DNA of 64,000 nucleotides from Octopus vulgaris (GCA_951406725.2 OX597818.1:89032001-89096000); one strand, 5' to 3'. Shown: positions 1-15,854, counted from the first letter of the stretch. Notes: a model not told the origin generated them from the sequence alone. A program made the numbers and translations.

Positions 1-579
1 AACCTATTTTTGTAATGCGCATGGCAGAATTTTGGAGGGAAGATTGATGAATTCAAACGTCTATGTAGATTTAGCCTGTGCTCACTTTCTTCAAATATTT
101 TGATGTCGCATGGTCAGGAGGTTTGAGGTACGTAGCATTTGATAAATCTATGATAAATCTTTTTCAATGGAAAGCTGTGCTGAAGAAGGATGTGAAATAT
201 ATATGCAATATATATGAAATATATTTCTAAAATATATGGAATATATATTCAATATGTTTATAATCCAGAAACATGATGTTCACAGATAACCGCCAGACTT
301 CGTATTCGTTATCTATTCCTTCTGTTTTGCATATGTGAATTACAGGGTCTGTCATGCCCGGAGTCCAACTTTGATAGAAATAAGCATTCTTGACTGCTAT
401 TTCTATTTTTTCGGTATGCGGTCAAGCAACCTGTTTTGCCTGTCCCTTTTTCTTATATACAATATATATACTGAACTTTACAGAAGTTCCTGCCGGTAAT
501 CGGCTATATTTACATACCGAATTCTACCAGTAAATAATTGGGGTTTTTTTAAAAGCCTTTATAGAAATTATTTACTCTT

Positions 580-631
<52 letters not shown>

Positions 632-663
632 CGCACATATATATGCATATACATACATATATA

Positions 664-1312
664 CACAGGGGTTGGACAAAGTAATGGAAACACCTGGCAT
701 CATAGCATCATAATTTTGAAATATCTTTAAAACCACCAAAAGCTTATTTATTTACTATTAGTGTTGCTTAATATGTTTTGCTAAAATTATTGTTTCTTTT
801 CAGATATCATCAGAAAAAGATAATTAAAATTCATTAAAATGACATCTATTGGACTTTCGAAGAGGTCAAATTGTTGCTGCTCGTATGGCAGGGGCTAGCG
901 TAACGAAAAACAGCCCAAATGTTTGTTTTATCAAGAAGTACTGTCTCGAACGTAATGATAGCCTTTGAGGAAGAGGGAAAAACCTCTTCGTCGAAGCAAA
1001 ACTCCGGAAGAAAACCAAACCAGATTTTGACCGCCAGGCTCTTACGCGAATTTTTAGAAAGGATCACAAAAGTACAGCTTCCAAAATCACTGCAGAGCTT
1101 AATGACCACCTCGAGAACCCAGTTTCCACAAAATCTGTTCGCCGGATTCCACGAGAGGGCTGCAATCAGAAAACCACTACTTTCAAAAAAGACTTTGCAA
1201 CGAGTTTAGAGTGGAGTAAAATCCTACAGAATTGGTCACCAGAGCAGTGGAGGAATGTTATTTTCTCGCACGAGTCATCCTTTACTCTATTTCCGACCAC
1301 CGGCCGAGTATA
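664..1312 (+). mobile_element. Tc1-like DNA transposon, 5' half (left TIR plus frameshifted N-terminal transposase)
   Basis: Starts CAGGGGTTGGACAAAGTAATGGAAACACC after a TA-rich tract. Pieced translation DFRRGQIVAARMAGASVT..LSRSTVSNVM..SGRKP..WSPEQWRNVIFSHESSFTLF matches the Tc1 paired-like HTH and the region of the first catalytic Asp. Confidence 0.85.
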
Positions 1313-1513
1313 CGAGATAGTGCTGAAAAGCTTCTGGCTCTAAGAGTATCTCAAAAACCTGATTGGAGGCGAAAACCTCCAAGTTCTTTTACAAGGATTA
1401 GAAAATCTGAAGTGTGTAAATCTGAGAGGAAGATATGTTGAATAAAATCATAATTCAATGATCCTCCCGTATTTTCTTTTACCCAAAACCAGGAACTTTT
1501 CAGCATCCCCTTA
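1311..1513. mobile_element. mariner-type MITE (~200 bp)
   Basis: Imperfect TIRs TACGAGATAGTGCTGAAAAGCTTCTGG ... CCAGGAACTTTTCAGCATCCCCTTA with no coding capacity. Confidence 0.65.
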
Positions 1514-1570
1514 TGTGTGTGCGTGTGTGTGTGTGTGTGTACACCCCCACACATACATATATATATGTTT

Positions 1571-1870
1571 GTGGAGGCACACGGCCTGATGGTTAGAGCA
1601 GCGGAGTCGCGGTCGAGGGATCGCGGGTTCGAATCTCAGACCGGGCGATGAGTGTGTTTATGAGCAAAACACCTAAGCTCAAAGCGGCTCCGGCAGAGGG
1701 TAATGGCGAACTTCTGCTGATTCTTTCGCCACAACTTTCTCTCACTCTTTCCTCCTGCATCTTGCAGCGCACCTGCGACGGACCGGCGTCCCGTCCAGGC
1801 GGGGAACCTATACGTCAAGGAAACCGGGAAACTAGCCCTTATGAGCCAGGCACGGCTCGAGAAGGAACAA
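1571..1870 (+). mobile_element. tRNA-derived SINE, family A (tRNA-Arg-like head)
   Basis: A-box-like GGCCTGATGGTTAG and B box GGTTCGAATCT. Near-identical reverse copy at 30125-30420. Confidence 0.9.
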
Positions 1871-1887
1871 ATACATATATATATATA

Positions 1888-2086
1888 TAAAATTAATCAA
1901 AGGACATACTAGGTACGTCAACCTGCTTGAAATAACAGTCAAAACTCTTATTAAATCGCCAAAAATACACCGACGAAAACTACAGAAATTGTAGTTTTCA
2001 TCGGTGTATTTTTGACGACTTAATAAGAGTTTTGACTGTTATTTCAAGCAGGTTGACATACCTAGTATGTCTTTTGATTAAGTTTA
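1888..2086. repeat. Long palindrome (~97-bp arms, 5-nt spacer)
   Basis: TTAATCAAAGGACATACTAGGTA...AAAACTACA-GAAAT-TGTAGTTTT...TACCTAGTATGTCTTTTGATTAA. Confidence 0.95.
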
Positions 2087-2204
2087 CTCCCTAAGCTATT
2101 TAATACTATTTTTGGGCCGGCTATCGCTTGTGTCATTGATTCTGTTATTATCATTTTTTAAATTGCTACATTGGATAATAATAGAATTAATAACGCCTTC
2201 GTAA

Positions 2205-2277
<73 letters not shown>

Positions 2278-2932
2278 CCACAATTGAAAGAAATTGCGTC
2301 TTGTTTCTACATACTAACTTCAATGTACCGTGTACGAGCCGATTGTGCTCGTACAAGACCTCAACCTCGCAACACTGAATGGATCGTGATGGAAAATAGT
2401 TCGAATTTTGATTACACTATCTTGGTGAAGGATGTTCTCAGTCCAACACACACACAAAAGACAAGAACATTTTCATAGGTGAATGCAATTAATTAAAATT
2501 GAGACGTTTAATAAAACTGCAAAATAATAAAACTGCAAGAGTATTGACTTTAAAATTATAAGAATTCCTATACTTTCAGACAGTTATGAAGTGAAATATT
2601 TTTTAAACAGTAAAACGCGCAATAAATATAGTTTTACCCACATCGAACTTCACCGTTCAAATTATAATTTACTGTGTGTCTCTCGAAGTTTTTGAATTCT
2701 CATAATGTAAAAACAATTTATAATTTGCGCTCATAAGAACAAAGCTTATAAATGGATTGTCCAAGATTCAGAGTTATTATCTGGAATAATGGCTAGAATG
2801 TCTGTTATGTTTGCGATCAATGTAAGTTCCAGTTCCACAAACCACCATCAACTCTCTTTACATCCAAGGATCTTTTTTTCAGCCCAATATTCTATACGCT
2901 ATTATTTATAACTTCTTTTTTTTTTTCATTAA

Positions 2933-3315
2933 CCTGACAGAATCGTTAGTACGCCGGGCGAAATGCTTAGCATATTTCGTCTGCCCTTACGTTCTGAGTT
3001 CAAATCCCGCCGAGGTCGACTTTGCCTTTCATCCTTTCGGGGTCGATAAATTAAGTACGAGTTACGCACTGGGGTCGATGTTATTAACTTAATTCGTTTG
3101 TCTGTCCTTGTTTGTCCCCTCTGTGTTTAGCCCCTTGTGAGTAGTAAAGAAACAGGTATTTCGTCTGCCGCTACGTTTGAGTTCAAATTTCGCTGAGGTC
3201 GACTTTTTCTTTCATCCTTTCGGGATCGATAAATTAAGTACCAGTAAAACACTGGGGTCGATGTAATCGACTATCCCCACACCCAAGTTACAGGCCCTGT
3301 GCCTTTAGTAGAAAT
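2933..3315 (+). mobile_element. tRNA-derived SINE, family B (Nin/Deu-like core), dimer
   Basis: GAGTTCAAAT B box and the core GAGGTCGACTTTGCCTTTCATCCTTTCGGGGTCGATAAATTAAGTAC occur twice. Confidence 0.9.
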
Positions 3316-4462
3316 TATTTTTTATAGTTTTATCTTCTATGATTTCTGCCTTTTAAAAAAATAATTGATTTGTAAATGTTTCTGAATCAATAGACATTGA
3401 TGTCTCACAAATTTCAAAACTCTTTCTACAACATATAAAACTCTTTTAATTGCTTGCAAACATATTTTCTCTATAATTTCTGTCCACCTTTCCAGTCTGT
3501 AATAAATGTAGCCTCGTTTATCACCGATAACACGGTATGCTCAATTGTGTACGTTTATCACGCATTGATCTGCCATACCATGGATCGGTGATAAGTCGAA
3601 GCTTACTCTTGTACCGCAAAGCGCGCCCCAGAGACTGCCTATAGTAGTCAATTACACACAATACACTGATTATTACTTATGTTTACATGACCGTGCTTCA
3701 AGGCTGTATATATTTGTATATGGAGCCAAATACTCGTACCCATCAACATGGGACTAGTGACAAGAAAACGTACGAAAGCGCCTCCTCCTAATAAACGACG
3801 CAGACGTCTGTATTCTCAAAGATCAAGAAAATACGTGACGGTGGAAAATTCTCTGCTATGGGCTGCGATACTAGTATTAATGAATCTATCATTCTCTCCA
3901 TTTACAAAGTACATAGAGATAATTCATTTAATCAAACCCCATGATAAGGAGGATAGATGTATTAAACCTTGATACTGATATTTTTCACAAGTTATTTCTG
4001 AATTTTCCCAAAAATGTGTTAAAATATGGTGTTAAAATATTTACATTCATATACTGAACACAGATACCTTATGAAGACAAAATAATTCTAAAAACTATTG
4101 TTGTTCATTATTTGAAAGCGAATAGCATATTTTCAAAGCGAACCCGCAACTTAAAACATTAGAACCATTTAAATATTATCACCACTCTCGAAAACAAGGG
4201 CTCGTACATTTTTTCCTATCAGGGCTCTTCTTTGTCCACCAGGACAAGTTGGCTGTAGATGTTTTATTGGTAGCAGACTTAGAAGATGATTGTTATTATT
4301 CGGCGTGAATCATTGTCAAGCAAATGCCATCTTCAAAGGGTAAAAGAGTAAACAAACAACGGTTGTCAAGTGGTGGTAATGAACAAACACAAACACACAC
4401 ACACAAACACACATACGCATACACCACGCATATCTATATATAGACACACACACAATATATGC

Positions 4463-4993
4463 ACAGTGATACCTCACTTTACGAGGATCCGTTTTACGAG
4501 ACCCCGGGTTTGCGAGTTTTATTTTATAATAAATTTTTCATGCACACGATCCAAATTTTGAACGAAGTGAAGTGCAACTATAACAAATGCTTCTGCGTGT
4601 TACCGAGGAATTTATAGAGAGCGAAAACAAAGCTTCTTCTCGGCAACCGACTCTAGACTTGTTTTTAAAAAGAAATCTACAAGTCTGTCTACGAGTGCTT
4701 GTGAATCGACGATCGCATCTACAAGTGATGGCGTCCGCGATTATAATATTTTTTACTATAAATGATTTTGACATTCTTTTTACTTGGAATAAAATATTCT
4801 TTACATTCTATTGTTGTTCAATCGCCATTTATTTACGAGTATTATAAATATTTTATAGATAGAATATTTTTCTGGGAACGAATCACGACTTGTAACATTG
4901 TTACTATGGGAATATATCGCTCTGCTTTACAATTTTTCGCTTTACAAGCGGTGTCCAGGAACAAGTGAACACGTGTATCGAGGCATTACTCTG
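4463..4993 (+). mobile_element. Tigger/pogo-derived non-autonomous element
   Basis: Imperfect TIRs CAGTGATACCTCACTTTACG ... CGTGTATCGAGGCATTACTCTG. Internal RQPTLDLFLK resembles the Tigger transposase C-terminus. Confidence 0.6.
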
Positions 4994-5009
4994 TGTGTGT
5001 GTATGTATG

Positions 5010-5075
<66 letters not shown>

Positions 5076-5077
5076 GT

Positions 5078-5300
5078 GTTGTAAATGCAACCCTCCATGG
5101 GATAACATGTATCCAATATACTGCTAGTGAAGTACCCAACAAAGTTAATACATAAAAGTTAATGATTGCGATGCAATTAATTCATTTACTGTATTATATG
5201 GGCAAAGGTAAAATGATTTACCACAAATTACTAATATATATATATATCTTATATATCTGGTAATTATATATGATTTATATGTATTTCTCCATTTTCTTAT
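5078..5300 (-). repeat. Dispersed repeat, same family as 47576-48200, internally inverted
   Basis: 5078-5236 is the reverse complement of ~48030-48190, while 5255-5300 matches ~47980-48025 in forward orientation. Confidence 0.85.
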
Positions 5301-5342
5301 ATGTATATATATGTATATATATAAATATATATATATATATAA

Positions 5343-5414
<72 letters not shown>

Positions 5415-5416
<2 letters not shown>

Positions 5417-5530
5417 GGCCCGAGGCTATAACACAAAACGCCTGCCAAAGTTGTCACGCAGCGGGACAGAACCCGGAACCATGCAATTGAGAAGCAAACT
5501 TCTTACCACACAGTCATGCCTGTGCCTCCC
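5415..5530 (-). mobile_element. SINE family C, 5' fragment
   Basis: Matches the family C head (GTGTGGTAAGAAGTTTGCTTCTCAATTGCATGGTTCCGGGTTC on the minus strand). Confidence 0.75.
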
Positions 5531-5534
5531 ATGC

Positions 5535-8170
<2,636 letters not shown>

Positions 8171-8489
8171 TAATGCACTTATCGCTCCTTTCTTCTGTGG
8201 ATGCCTCATTAGACGCATGTGTTAAATAAGGATCGGAAAAAAGGGAAGAAAGAAGGAGAAGGGGAGAGTAATGAGAAGAGGAAGGGGAGATGAGGGAGTA
8301 AAGCAAATGTGTTAAAAAGAAATACTTTAATTAGACGAATTAAAACGTCCACCAGATGTCGCCGTGGATTTTAATACACAAAGAAAAATCCAGTGAAGAC
8401 GGGTATTTATCTTCTCTTCGCTCCTGTTTCTGTTTTTTTTTTGTTTTTTTTTTCCCCTTTTACTTTCTGTTAGAATTACTTTAAAAACA

Positions 8490-8640
8490 AATGCGGCGTT
8501 GGCTTTGTGGTTAAGTGGATCGCCTTGCAGCCACGTGGTTTCGAGTTCAAGCCCACTATGCAAATGTCTTCTACTATAGCGCTGGGCTGACCAAAGCTTT
8601 GAGAGAAAATGTGGCACCAAAAGACTGTGTAGAGGCCCAT
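8490..8640 (+). mobile_element. SINE family C, degraded 5' part
   Basis: GGCTTTGTGGTTAAG..CCACGTGGTTTCGAGTTCAAGCCCACT..GTCTTCTACTATAGCC. Confidence 0.65.
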
Positions 8641-8897
8641 TGTGCATGTATATTCTTTTATAAGTTTCAGCCCAGAGACTGCGGCCAGGCTGGTGCACCA
8701 TCAGTGTAATCACCTTTTCAATGGCCATTCTCATGCGACTGGCTTTTGATGAGGGAGGGAGTTCGAAACTGCTGCTCTCTTTTGAGCTTCTTGCAATGAT
8801 ATAGGTTCATCTGGGACCTTGAGTTGCAGGGATTCAGGTTGTTTCTTGAAAACATCTACTCCTATTCCATGAACATCCCGCAGATAGATGATATACA

Positions 8898-9280
8898 TAG
8901 CTTTCATCACAACTGCCCTACGAATGGAAACGTGAAACTCTGAGTAACAGCTTTTTTGACAAATTTGCAGCCTGCTCGTAAAATTAACGTGCAAGTGGCT
9001 GAGCACTCCACAGACACGTTTACCCTTAACGTTATTCTCAGGGAGATTCAGCATGACCCAGAGTGTGACAAGGCTGGCCCTTTCAAATACAGGTACAACA
9101 GAAATAGGAAGAGGAAGAAAGAGTGAGAGAAAGTTGTGGGGAAAGAATACAGGAAGGTTCGCCACCACCCACTGCCGGAGCCCCGTGGATCTTTAGGTGT
9201 TTTCGCTCAATAAACACTGACAACGCCCGGTCTGGGAATCGAAACCGCGAGTCCGCTGCCCTAGCCACTGGGCCATTGCG

Positions 9281-9283
<3 letters not shown>
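8898..9283 (-). mobile_element. SINE family A, long variant
   Basis: Collinear with 51270-51760, including the GCTTTCATCAC..GTGAAACTCTGAGTAACAG tail segment. Confidence 0.85.
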
Positions 9284-9319
<36 letters not shown>

Positions 9320-9380
9320 AGACAGACAACAGACAGAGAGACAAACAGATAGATAGTTACCAATGGTATTCATACATACA

Positions 9381-9449
<69 letters not shown>

Positions 9450-9560
9450 GGCGGTCTCTTTTCAGTTTCCGTCTGCCAGATCCATGCACAAGGTGTTGGT
9501 CGGCCTGAGGCTATATTAGAAGATACTCGCCAAATGTGCCACGCACTGGAACTGAACTAT
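9450..9560 (-). mobile_element. SINE family C fragment
   Basis: TTTCAGTTTCCGTCTGCCAGATCCA..GGCTATATTAGAAGATACT matches family C. Confidence 0.7.
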
Positions 9561-10519
9561 GGTCGACTTTTCCTTTCATCTTTCCACAGCCAGTAAAATA
9601 AAACAGCAGCTTGTTTTTATGGAGAGAACATAATTAGAAAATGAGAGGCAACATCCTTGACTTTTCATGGGTCCTCCGTGACCGTGACATGTTAAAATAG
9701 AGAGAAAAAAAAAACGAAAATTAATTTCTGAGCAAAGACCTAGTTTGAATACTTGTAACGGAGTGCACGAGATTAAAAGCATCTAAAGGACCAGATTGTG
9801 ATGGTAAACCGGGTGTTGTTGCTGGTAACAGGAGGTCTGTTTGTGGAATAATGAGATTGATTGTGATGGCGGCGATGTTGATGATGGCGGTATGGCGGAG
9901 GCGGCGGCGGCGGTGGTGGTGGTGGCGGCTACGGCGACAGCAGTGGGGGTGGGGGTGAGAGTGATGCTGACAGTAGCGGCGCCGATAGCAACGGTGGCGA
10001 TAGCGGGTGCAGCGGTAGCGGCAGTGGCGGTGGTGACGGCGGCAGCGGTGGTAGCGGTAGTAGTGGCGGTGGTGGTGGTGGTGGTGGTGATGGTGGTGGT
10101 GGTAGTGGTGGTGGTGGTGGTGGTGGTGGTAGTGGCAGCTGTATTGGCGGAGATGATGAGGATCATAGCGACGAGGAAGGTCGTCGCCGTTGTAGAGGTA
10201 ACGATGTCGAGTACGGGGATCAATATAATTGATCTTACCCTCCCCATAAAAATGTATGGCCTCCCGCCAATGTTAGGAATCAATATTACAAATATTTGAT
10301 TAAGAGCAGACGAGAGGCAAATTTCCAACAAGTTGAATCCATGAATCAAGTTTCATGTCCAGGAAAAAGATCTTTCATTAACAAGAAGTTTGTCTCCGGA
10401 ATATTTAAACATTAGAGTTTCACATCTATTTTCTGATCTAGCACGTTCCGATCACTTAAAATGGTACATTTTCAAGGTTGTTGTCATTGTTGCTTTTGTG
10501 TGTTGTAGTAGTAGTAATT

Positions 10520-10571
<52 letters not shown>

Positions 10572-10844
10572 CATCTGTTGTTGTTGAAGTTGTTGAAGTC
10601 GGCCATTATCATGCAAATCCCTCTGACCAAGCGCAGTCGAGCCATGTTCGTCTCGTTGCTTATTTTCTGTCATAGTGGCCCCACGACAACATTATCTAAT
10701 GCGCTTTAAAAAAAAAAACAAATAAGAAAAACAAAAAAATGAAACTAGTGTTTTTCACAACAGTCTTTGTTCTACGCCCTATTTCGATTCTCTTCTTCCC
10801 CGTCCCCTATGCGCCACTCCATGAACGTAGAAATTTGTACATAG

Positions 10845-10886
<42 letters not shown>

Positions 10887-10960
10887 AGTACACATATATA
10901 TATAGTACATACATACATATATATATATATATCAGTACACACACACACACACACACACAT

Positions 10961-10997
<37 letters not shown>

Positions 10998-10999
10998 TG

Positions 11000-11205
11000 T
11001 AGTTGAAATTTACTGAAAACAAAAGACGAAGATAGGTATATAAACAACAAGCAGGTGTATTAGCTTGACGCTAGGGAAGGTGAGAAAGTCTTTTACGTTT
11101 CGGGCCTACACTTTTCAACAGAAAGGAACACGAGGAAATAAACAGAGAGAATTAAAAAAAAACTTGTGGATTTAGCGGTCAATCACGGTCAATCATGGTC
11201 AATCA
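11000..11205 (-). mobile_element. Penelope pLTR-like repeat containing a hammerhead-like motif
   Basis: Homologous to 23315-23500. Lies 3' of the minus-strand Penelope-like element and abuts (TA)n. Confidence 0.7.
11090..11125 (-). ncRNA. Minimal type I hammerhead-like motif (variant core)
   Basis: Minus strand: cttt CTGTTGA aaagtgtaggccc GAAA cg TA aaag. Confidence 0.55.
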
Positions 11206-11429
11206 TATAAAATTAAATAAGGTATCATTACAATTATTAATACCTGTATACGTAAAAATATAATCAAATTTAGTACGGTATTAGAATATCACTTATAATA
11301 AACAGAGCTATCGCTCTAAAACCACAAATTTTTCACTATTAAAATGCACACGGCGAATGCAACGAATATAACAGAAATAGGCTTATCTTATATGAACTAC
11401 AGAAGTTCATACAAGACAAGCCTCTTTCT

Positions 11430-13820
11430 ATTATATTTTGTTCCTTATGTAGTGTGGTTCTCCGTCTAAATAACATACTTGCCTGTCCTATATAGCTGTG
11501 TCCACAACCTGAACAAGTTATAACATAAATTATATCCTCGGATGCACAAGTAAGGCTGGTCTTCATTGTGAACTTCTCTTCTTGTTTGAATTGGAATTCT
11601 GAGCCTTTCAGTAGGTTGGGGCATGTTCCACAGTTCGAACGTCCACATTTTGTAACCATTGGTTGCGTGGTTGTTGTGTAAAGCTTTGCATTTGTCAGTA
11701 GACTATTCAATGATTTGGGTTACTTTTTACATTTGACGAATTTATGTGTTTTGAGAATGTTCATTTTTGGATCCCTAGTGAGCAGTGGTAGATTTTGTAC
11801 TATAGGGTTGTATTACTCTCTTTTCTCTTTTACTTGTTTCAGTCATTTGACTGCGGCCATGCCGGAGCACCGCCTTTAATCGAGCAACTCGACCCCAGTA
11901 CTTATTCTATCGGTCTCTTTTGCCGAACCGCTAAGTGACGGGGACATAAACACACCAGCATCGGTTGTCAAACAATGCCAGGGGGACAAACACAGACACA
12001 CATATATACACATACATATATACGACAGGCTTCTTTCAGTTTCCGTCTACCAAATCCATTCACAAGGCATTGGGCGGCCGGGGCTATAGCAGAAGACACT
12101 TGCCCAAGATGCCACGCAGTGGGACTGAACCCGGAACCATGTGGTTGGTAAACAAGCTACTTACCACACAGCCACTCCTGCGCCTATGTCTCATTGTTTC
12201 TAGGGTTGTGAGTTGATATATACGGTAGTATTTTGAGATGAGCTGTGGTGCTTCGTTTTGTTTCCCTCAGTGTTTTAATGCCTATTTAGTTGACACGTTT
12301 AACTCCATCATCTATAAGGGAGAATGGATAGTGTCTCTTGGTTGATGTTGTTCTGAGGTCTTGAAGACGGCGGTCCCGAGTATTTCCATCAGACATTATT
12401 GTGCAAATCCTTTTTGCTAAATTAAAGGGAATACTTCTTTTGATGTGTTTCGGGTAGCATGAACTAAGCAAAAGATATCTCTTCGAGTCTGTTGGTTTAT
12501 AATAAATGTCAGTTACAATTTAGTTGCTGACTCTTTTTTCCTCAGAACATCTAACAAGGGAGCTGTCCTTTGCTATATTCCATTGTAAACTGAATGTTAA
12601 TGTTTATAATATTTAGTATTATTTAAATTCTAAAAGTTTATCAATTGTCTCATTCCAAATGATAAAGCAGTCATCCCGATATCTTTTCCAGTTCTCTGTT
12701 ATATAATGGTGAAATGGATATCCATATTTTTGCAGTGAGACTTCATATATGGTGAATTCAAAATGTCCCATTGTTAGGTTCGTAAGAACAGGGCTGCTTT
12801 CGTTCCTATCACGATTCCACATTCTGCCGGTAGTAGGTGTCATCAAATAGGAAATAATTATTCTGAAGTATATATTCTAAAGTTTCAATAATAAAAACCT
12901 GGTTTATGCGTTCCGGATGTTCTTCGGAGTGCTTTTCCTGCCAGAATTTTATTGCTTCTATTCTATAGTTATGTGGGATGTCGGTGTAAAGATTAATAAC
13001 ACCGAAGGAAACCAATAATGTCTCTTCATTAGTTGCTTTTGATAGGTTCTCTAGCATGTCTAGATCGTCTCTAATGAAACTTTTGATGTATTTCATCAAA
13101 GGTTTCTGTAGGATGTCTAGAAAGTTACTTAGGTGGTAGGTTTCACAGGCTGGGCCAGTCATAATAGGTCTTCACTTTAAATCTTCTGGCTCTAGGATAT
13201 TTATGTATTTTCCTGGTGATTGTTTGCAGGCTTCATTAATTATCTTGCTCTTGTATATTTTAGACAGGCCGTAAAAAAGTCTAGGCTTACATTTTAAAGT
13301 TCGTGCTATAATCTATTTCTTTTTCTGCCAGGCATTTTCCATACGGATGAACTAGGGATGCAAAATTTTTCATTGTTTTTTGTTGTTTATAGTTTACAAT
13401 TTTTTTTATAGAAAGCATCGTTTCCTAGCATGGATAATACTAGGTTTTTGTAGTATTCTGTGTCCACCAGGACTGCAGCACTTCCTTTGTCTGCTTCTTT
13501 GATTGCCAGTTCTTTCACTTTTGCAGTTCAATTAGATTTTTCCATTCTAAATTGTTAAGGTTTCAATTAATGTTTTGATTATGGAGAGTATATGGGAAAT
13601 TTTGGATACGATCGCAGAATTCATGAAGGGATTTATTCCTACCCTTAGGTGGAAGATAATTGCTTTTGTTTTTAACCAGTGATTCATACACGTTGTAGTC
13701 ACTTAGTGCTTCTGTGACTTACAGTTTTCTGCAGAATTCCGAAATATTGCCTTGAATTTCATTCTGGTTAGATCTTTGAGAGGTTGGGGTAAATTTTAAT
13801 CCTTTGGTTAGTACACTCTA
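11430..13820 (-). mobile_element. Penelope-like element (Neptune-type), degraded RT + Cys linker + GIY-YIG
   Basis: KGLKFTPT; RPIMTGPACETYHLSNFLD; LVSFGVINLYTDIP; LQNNYFLFDDTYYRQ; WKRYRDDCFIIW; CGRSNCGTC...LTCASEDIIYVITCSGCGHSYIGQ. Several stops and frameshifts. Confidence 0.92.
11815..12186 (-). mobile_element. SINE family C, full length, nested in the Penelope element
   Basis: Complete head, internal microsatellite and (AAAAGAG)-type tail. Confidence 0.92.
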
Positions 13821-13880
13821 TGTTTTGTTCGAATGTATGTGTGTGTGTGTGTGTGTGTATGTGTGTTTGTGTGCATGTGT

Positions 13881-14135
13881 GAAGGCGCATGGCTAAGTGG
13901 TTAGGGTGTTGCACTCACGATTGAGAGACGTGGCTTCGATTCCTAGATCAGGCGTTTCGTTGTGTCCTTGAGCAAAGAACTTCATTTTACGTTGCTCTGT
14001 GATTATTTCGTCATCTGACATGTGACACACGGTGCACCGGTACAGGAGTGAGCTTATGTGAAGACAAACATTTGATCACTATAAATAAATCATCTGCCGA
14101 ACCCTTGTATGTCGTCTAACGACGGAAGTGTCCAT
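13881..14135 (+). mobile_element. tRNA-derived SINE, fourth family
   Basis: TGGCTAAGTGGTTAGG A box, GCTTCGATTCC B box, then GTGTCCTTGAGCAAAG. Confidence 0.7.
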
Positions 14136-14137
14136 GA

Positions 14138-14213
<76 letters not shown>

Positions 14214-14249
14214 TATATACAGGATGCGTAAAGTGTTTGAGAACCTACC

Positions 14250-14412
14250 CTCTTGGTGTGTTTATGTCCCCGTAGCTTACCGGTTTGGCAACAGAAATGG
14301 ATAGAATAAGTACCAGGCTTTAAAGAGTACTTAGATCGATATATTCGACTCTAAATTCTTCAAATCGGTGCTTACCATGGCCGCAGTCCAATGACAAACA
14401 AGTAAAAAAATA
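14250..14412 (+). mobile_element. SINE family C, 3' half
   Basis: GGTGTGTTTATGTCCCCGTAGCTTA..GATAGAATAAGTACCAGGC..CATGGCCGCAGTCCAATGAC. Confidence 0.75.
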
Positions 14413-14466
14413 AACGATACACATACATATACATATGCATATATATATATATGTATGTAATGTATG

Positions 14467-14740
<274 letters not shown>

Positions 14741-15159
14741 TATGTATATGTATGTATATGTGTGTATGTATATGCATGCACGTATGTATGTATGTATGTA
14801 TGTATGTATGTATGTATGTATGTATGTATGTATGTATGTATGTATGTATGTATGTATACATATAAGCACCAGTCAAGATTTCTGTATTTTGATACCCGGC
14901 ATAAATCATGACCCAGGTAAATATTTTTCAGTATTAAGATGGCTTCCAGTCCTCAACTTAAATTTTAATCTCCGTGCTCTCCAACGGCGTTGACTATTTA
15001 TTAATACATCAAGTTGTTCCTAAAACACCTTCCATAAAAGATCAATAACTGATCAGAAATGAAAGGTCTTTGTGATGCAGCTTTTGTAATGTTATATTTA
15101 CAAGGCCTCCATCCATGATTATTAAAGCAATTCTGTTAAATATGAATATTATTAAAATC

Positions 15160-15374
15160 TTTTACCTTTTACTTGCTTCACTCTTTGGACTGTGGCCATG
15201 TTGGAGCACTGTGTTGATGAATTTTTAGTCACATTAATCGACCTCAGTACTTTCCTTAAGGTCTGGTACTTATTGTATCTCTTTTACCGAATTTCTAATT
15301 TACGGGGACGTAAGCAAACCAACGCTGGGTGTCAAGCGCTAGGTTAAAACAAAGACACACACACACTGGCATAC

Positions 15375-15438
<64 letters not shown>

Positions 15439-15495
15439 ATGCATATCTTTTACTTTTTCTAGTCATTTGACTGCAGCTATGCTGGGGAACCACCT

Positions 15496-15549
<54 letters not shown>

Positions 15550-15635
15550 TTACTCGTTCAGTGTACCACGCGGTGGGATTGAACTCGGAACCTTGTGGGT
15601 AGAAAGCAAACTTCTCATCACAGTTACGCCTGCGC
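15160..15635 (-). mobile_element. SINE family C, degraded pieces with microsatellites
   Basis: Tail, body and head motifs of family C are present. Confidence 0.75.
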
Positions 15636-15639
15636 TTTC

Positions 15640-15854
15640 TTACAATGTGAAAAGGAATAAGTTTAATACATTTTATATATTTCAGGCACAAAGACCCATT
15701 TTCAGAGGTAACCAGATTAAAAGTGTTATATTCGTTAGAGTGCCGGCGGTCGGTATCTGAATAGATTAACATTTCTTAATTGTTTACTCCAGATGATGGG
15801 CCTTTGTACCTGAAATATAAAGATTATTAAACTTATTCCATTTCTCAATTGTAA
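15640..15854. repeat. Inverted repeat with a decayed hammerhead-like motif in each arm
   Basis: GAATAAGTTTAATA/TATTAAACTTATTC and TATATTTCAGGCACAAAGACCCA/TGGGCCTTTGTACCTGAAATATA. Confidence 0.8.

Noticed and set aside
175-212. CTGAAGA..GAAA tata TA hammerhead-like string
   Set aside because: Helices I and II barely pair, so it could be chance.
1571-1650. tRNA-like sequences at SINE heads
   Set aside because: A and B boxes are present, but the cloverleaf is imperfect and each is fused to a repeated SINE body, so they are not tRNA genes.
8745-8780. TTGATGA..GAAA string
   Set aside because: No credible helix I or III.
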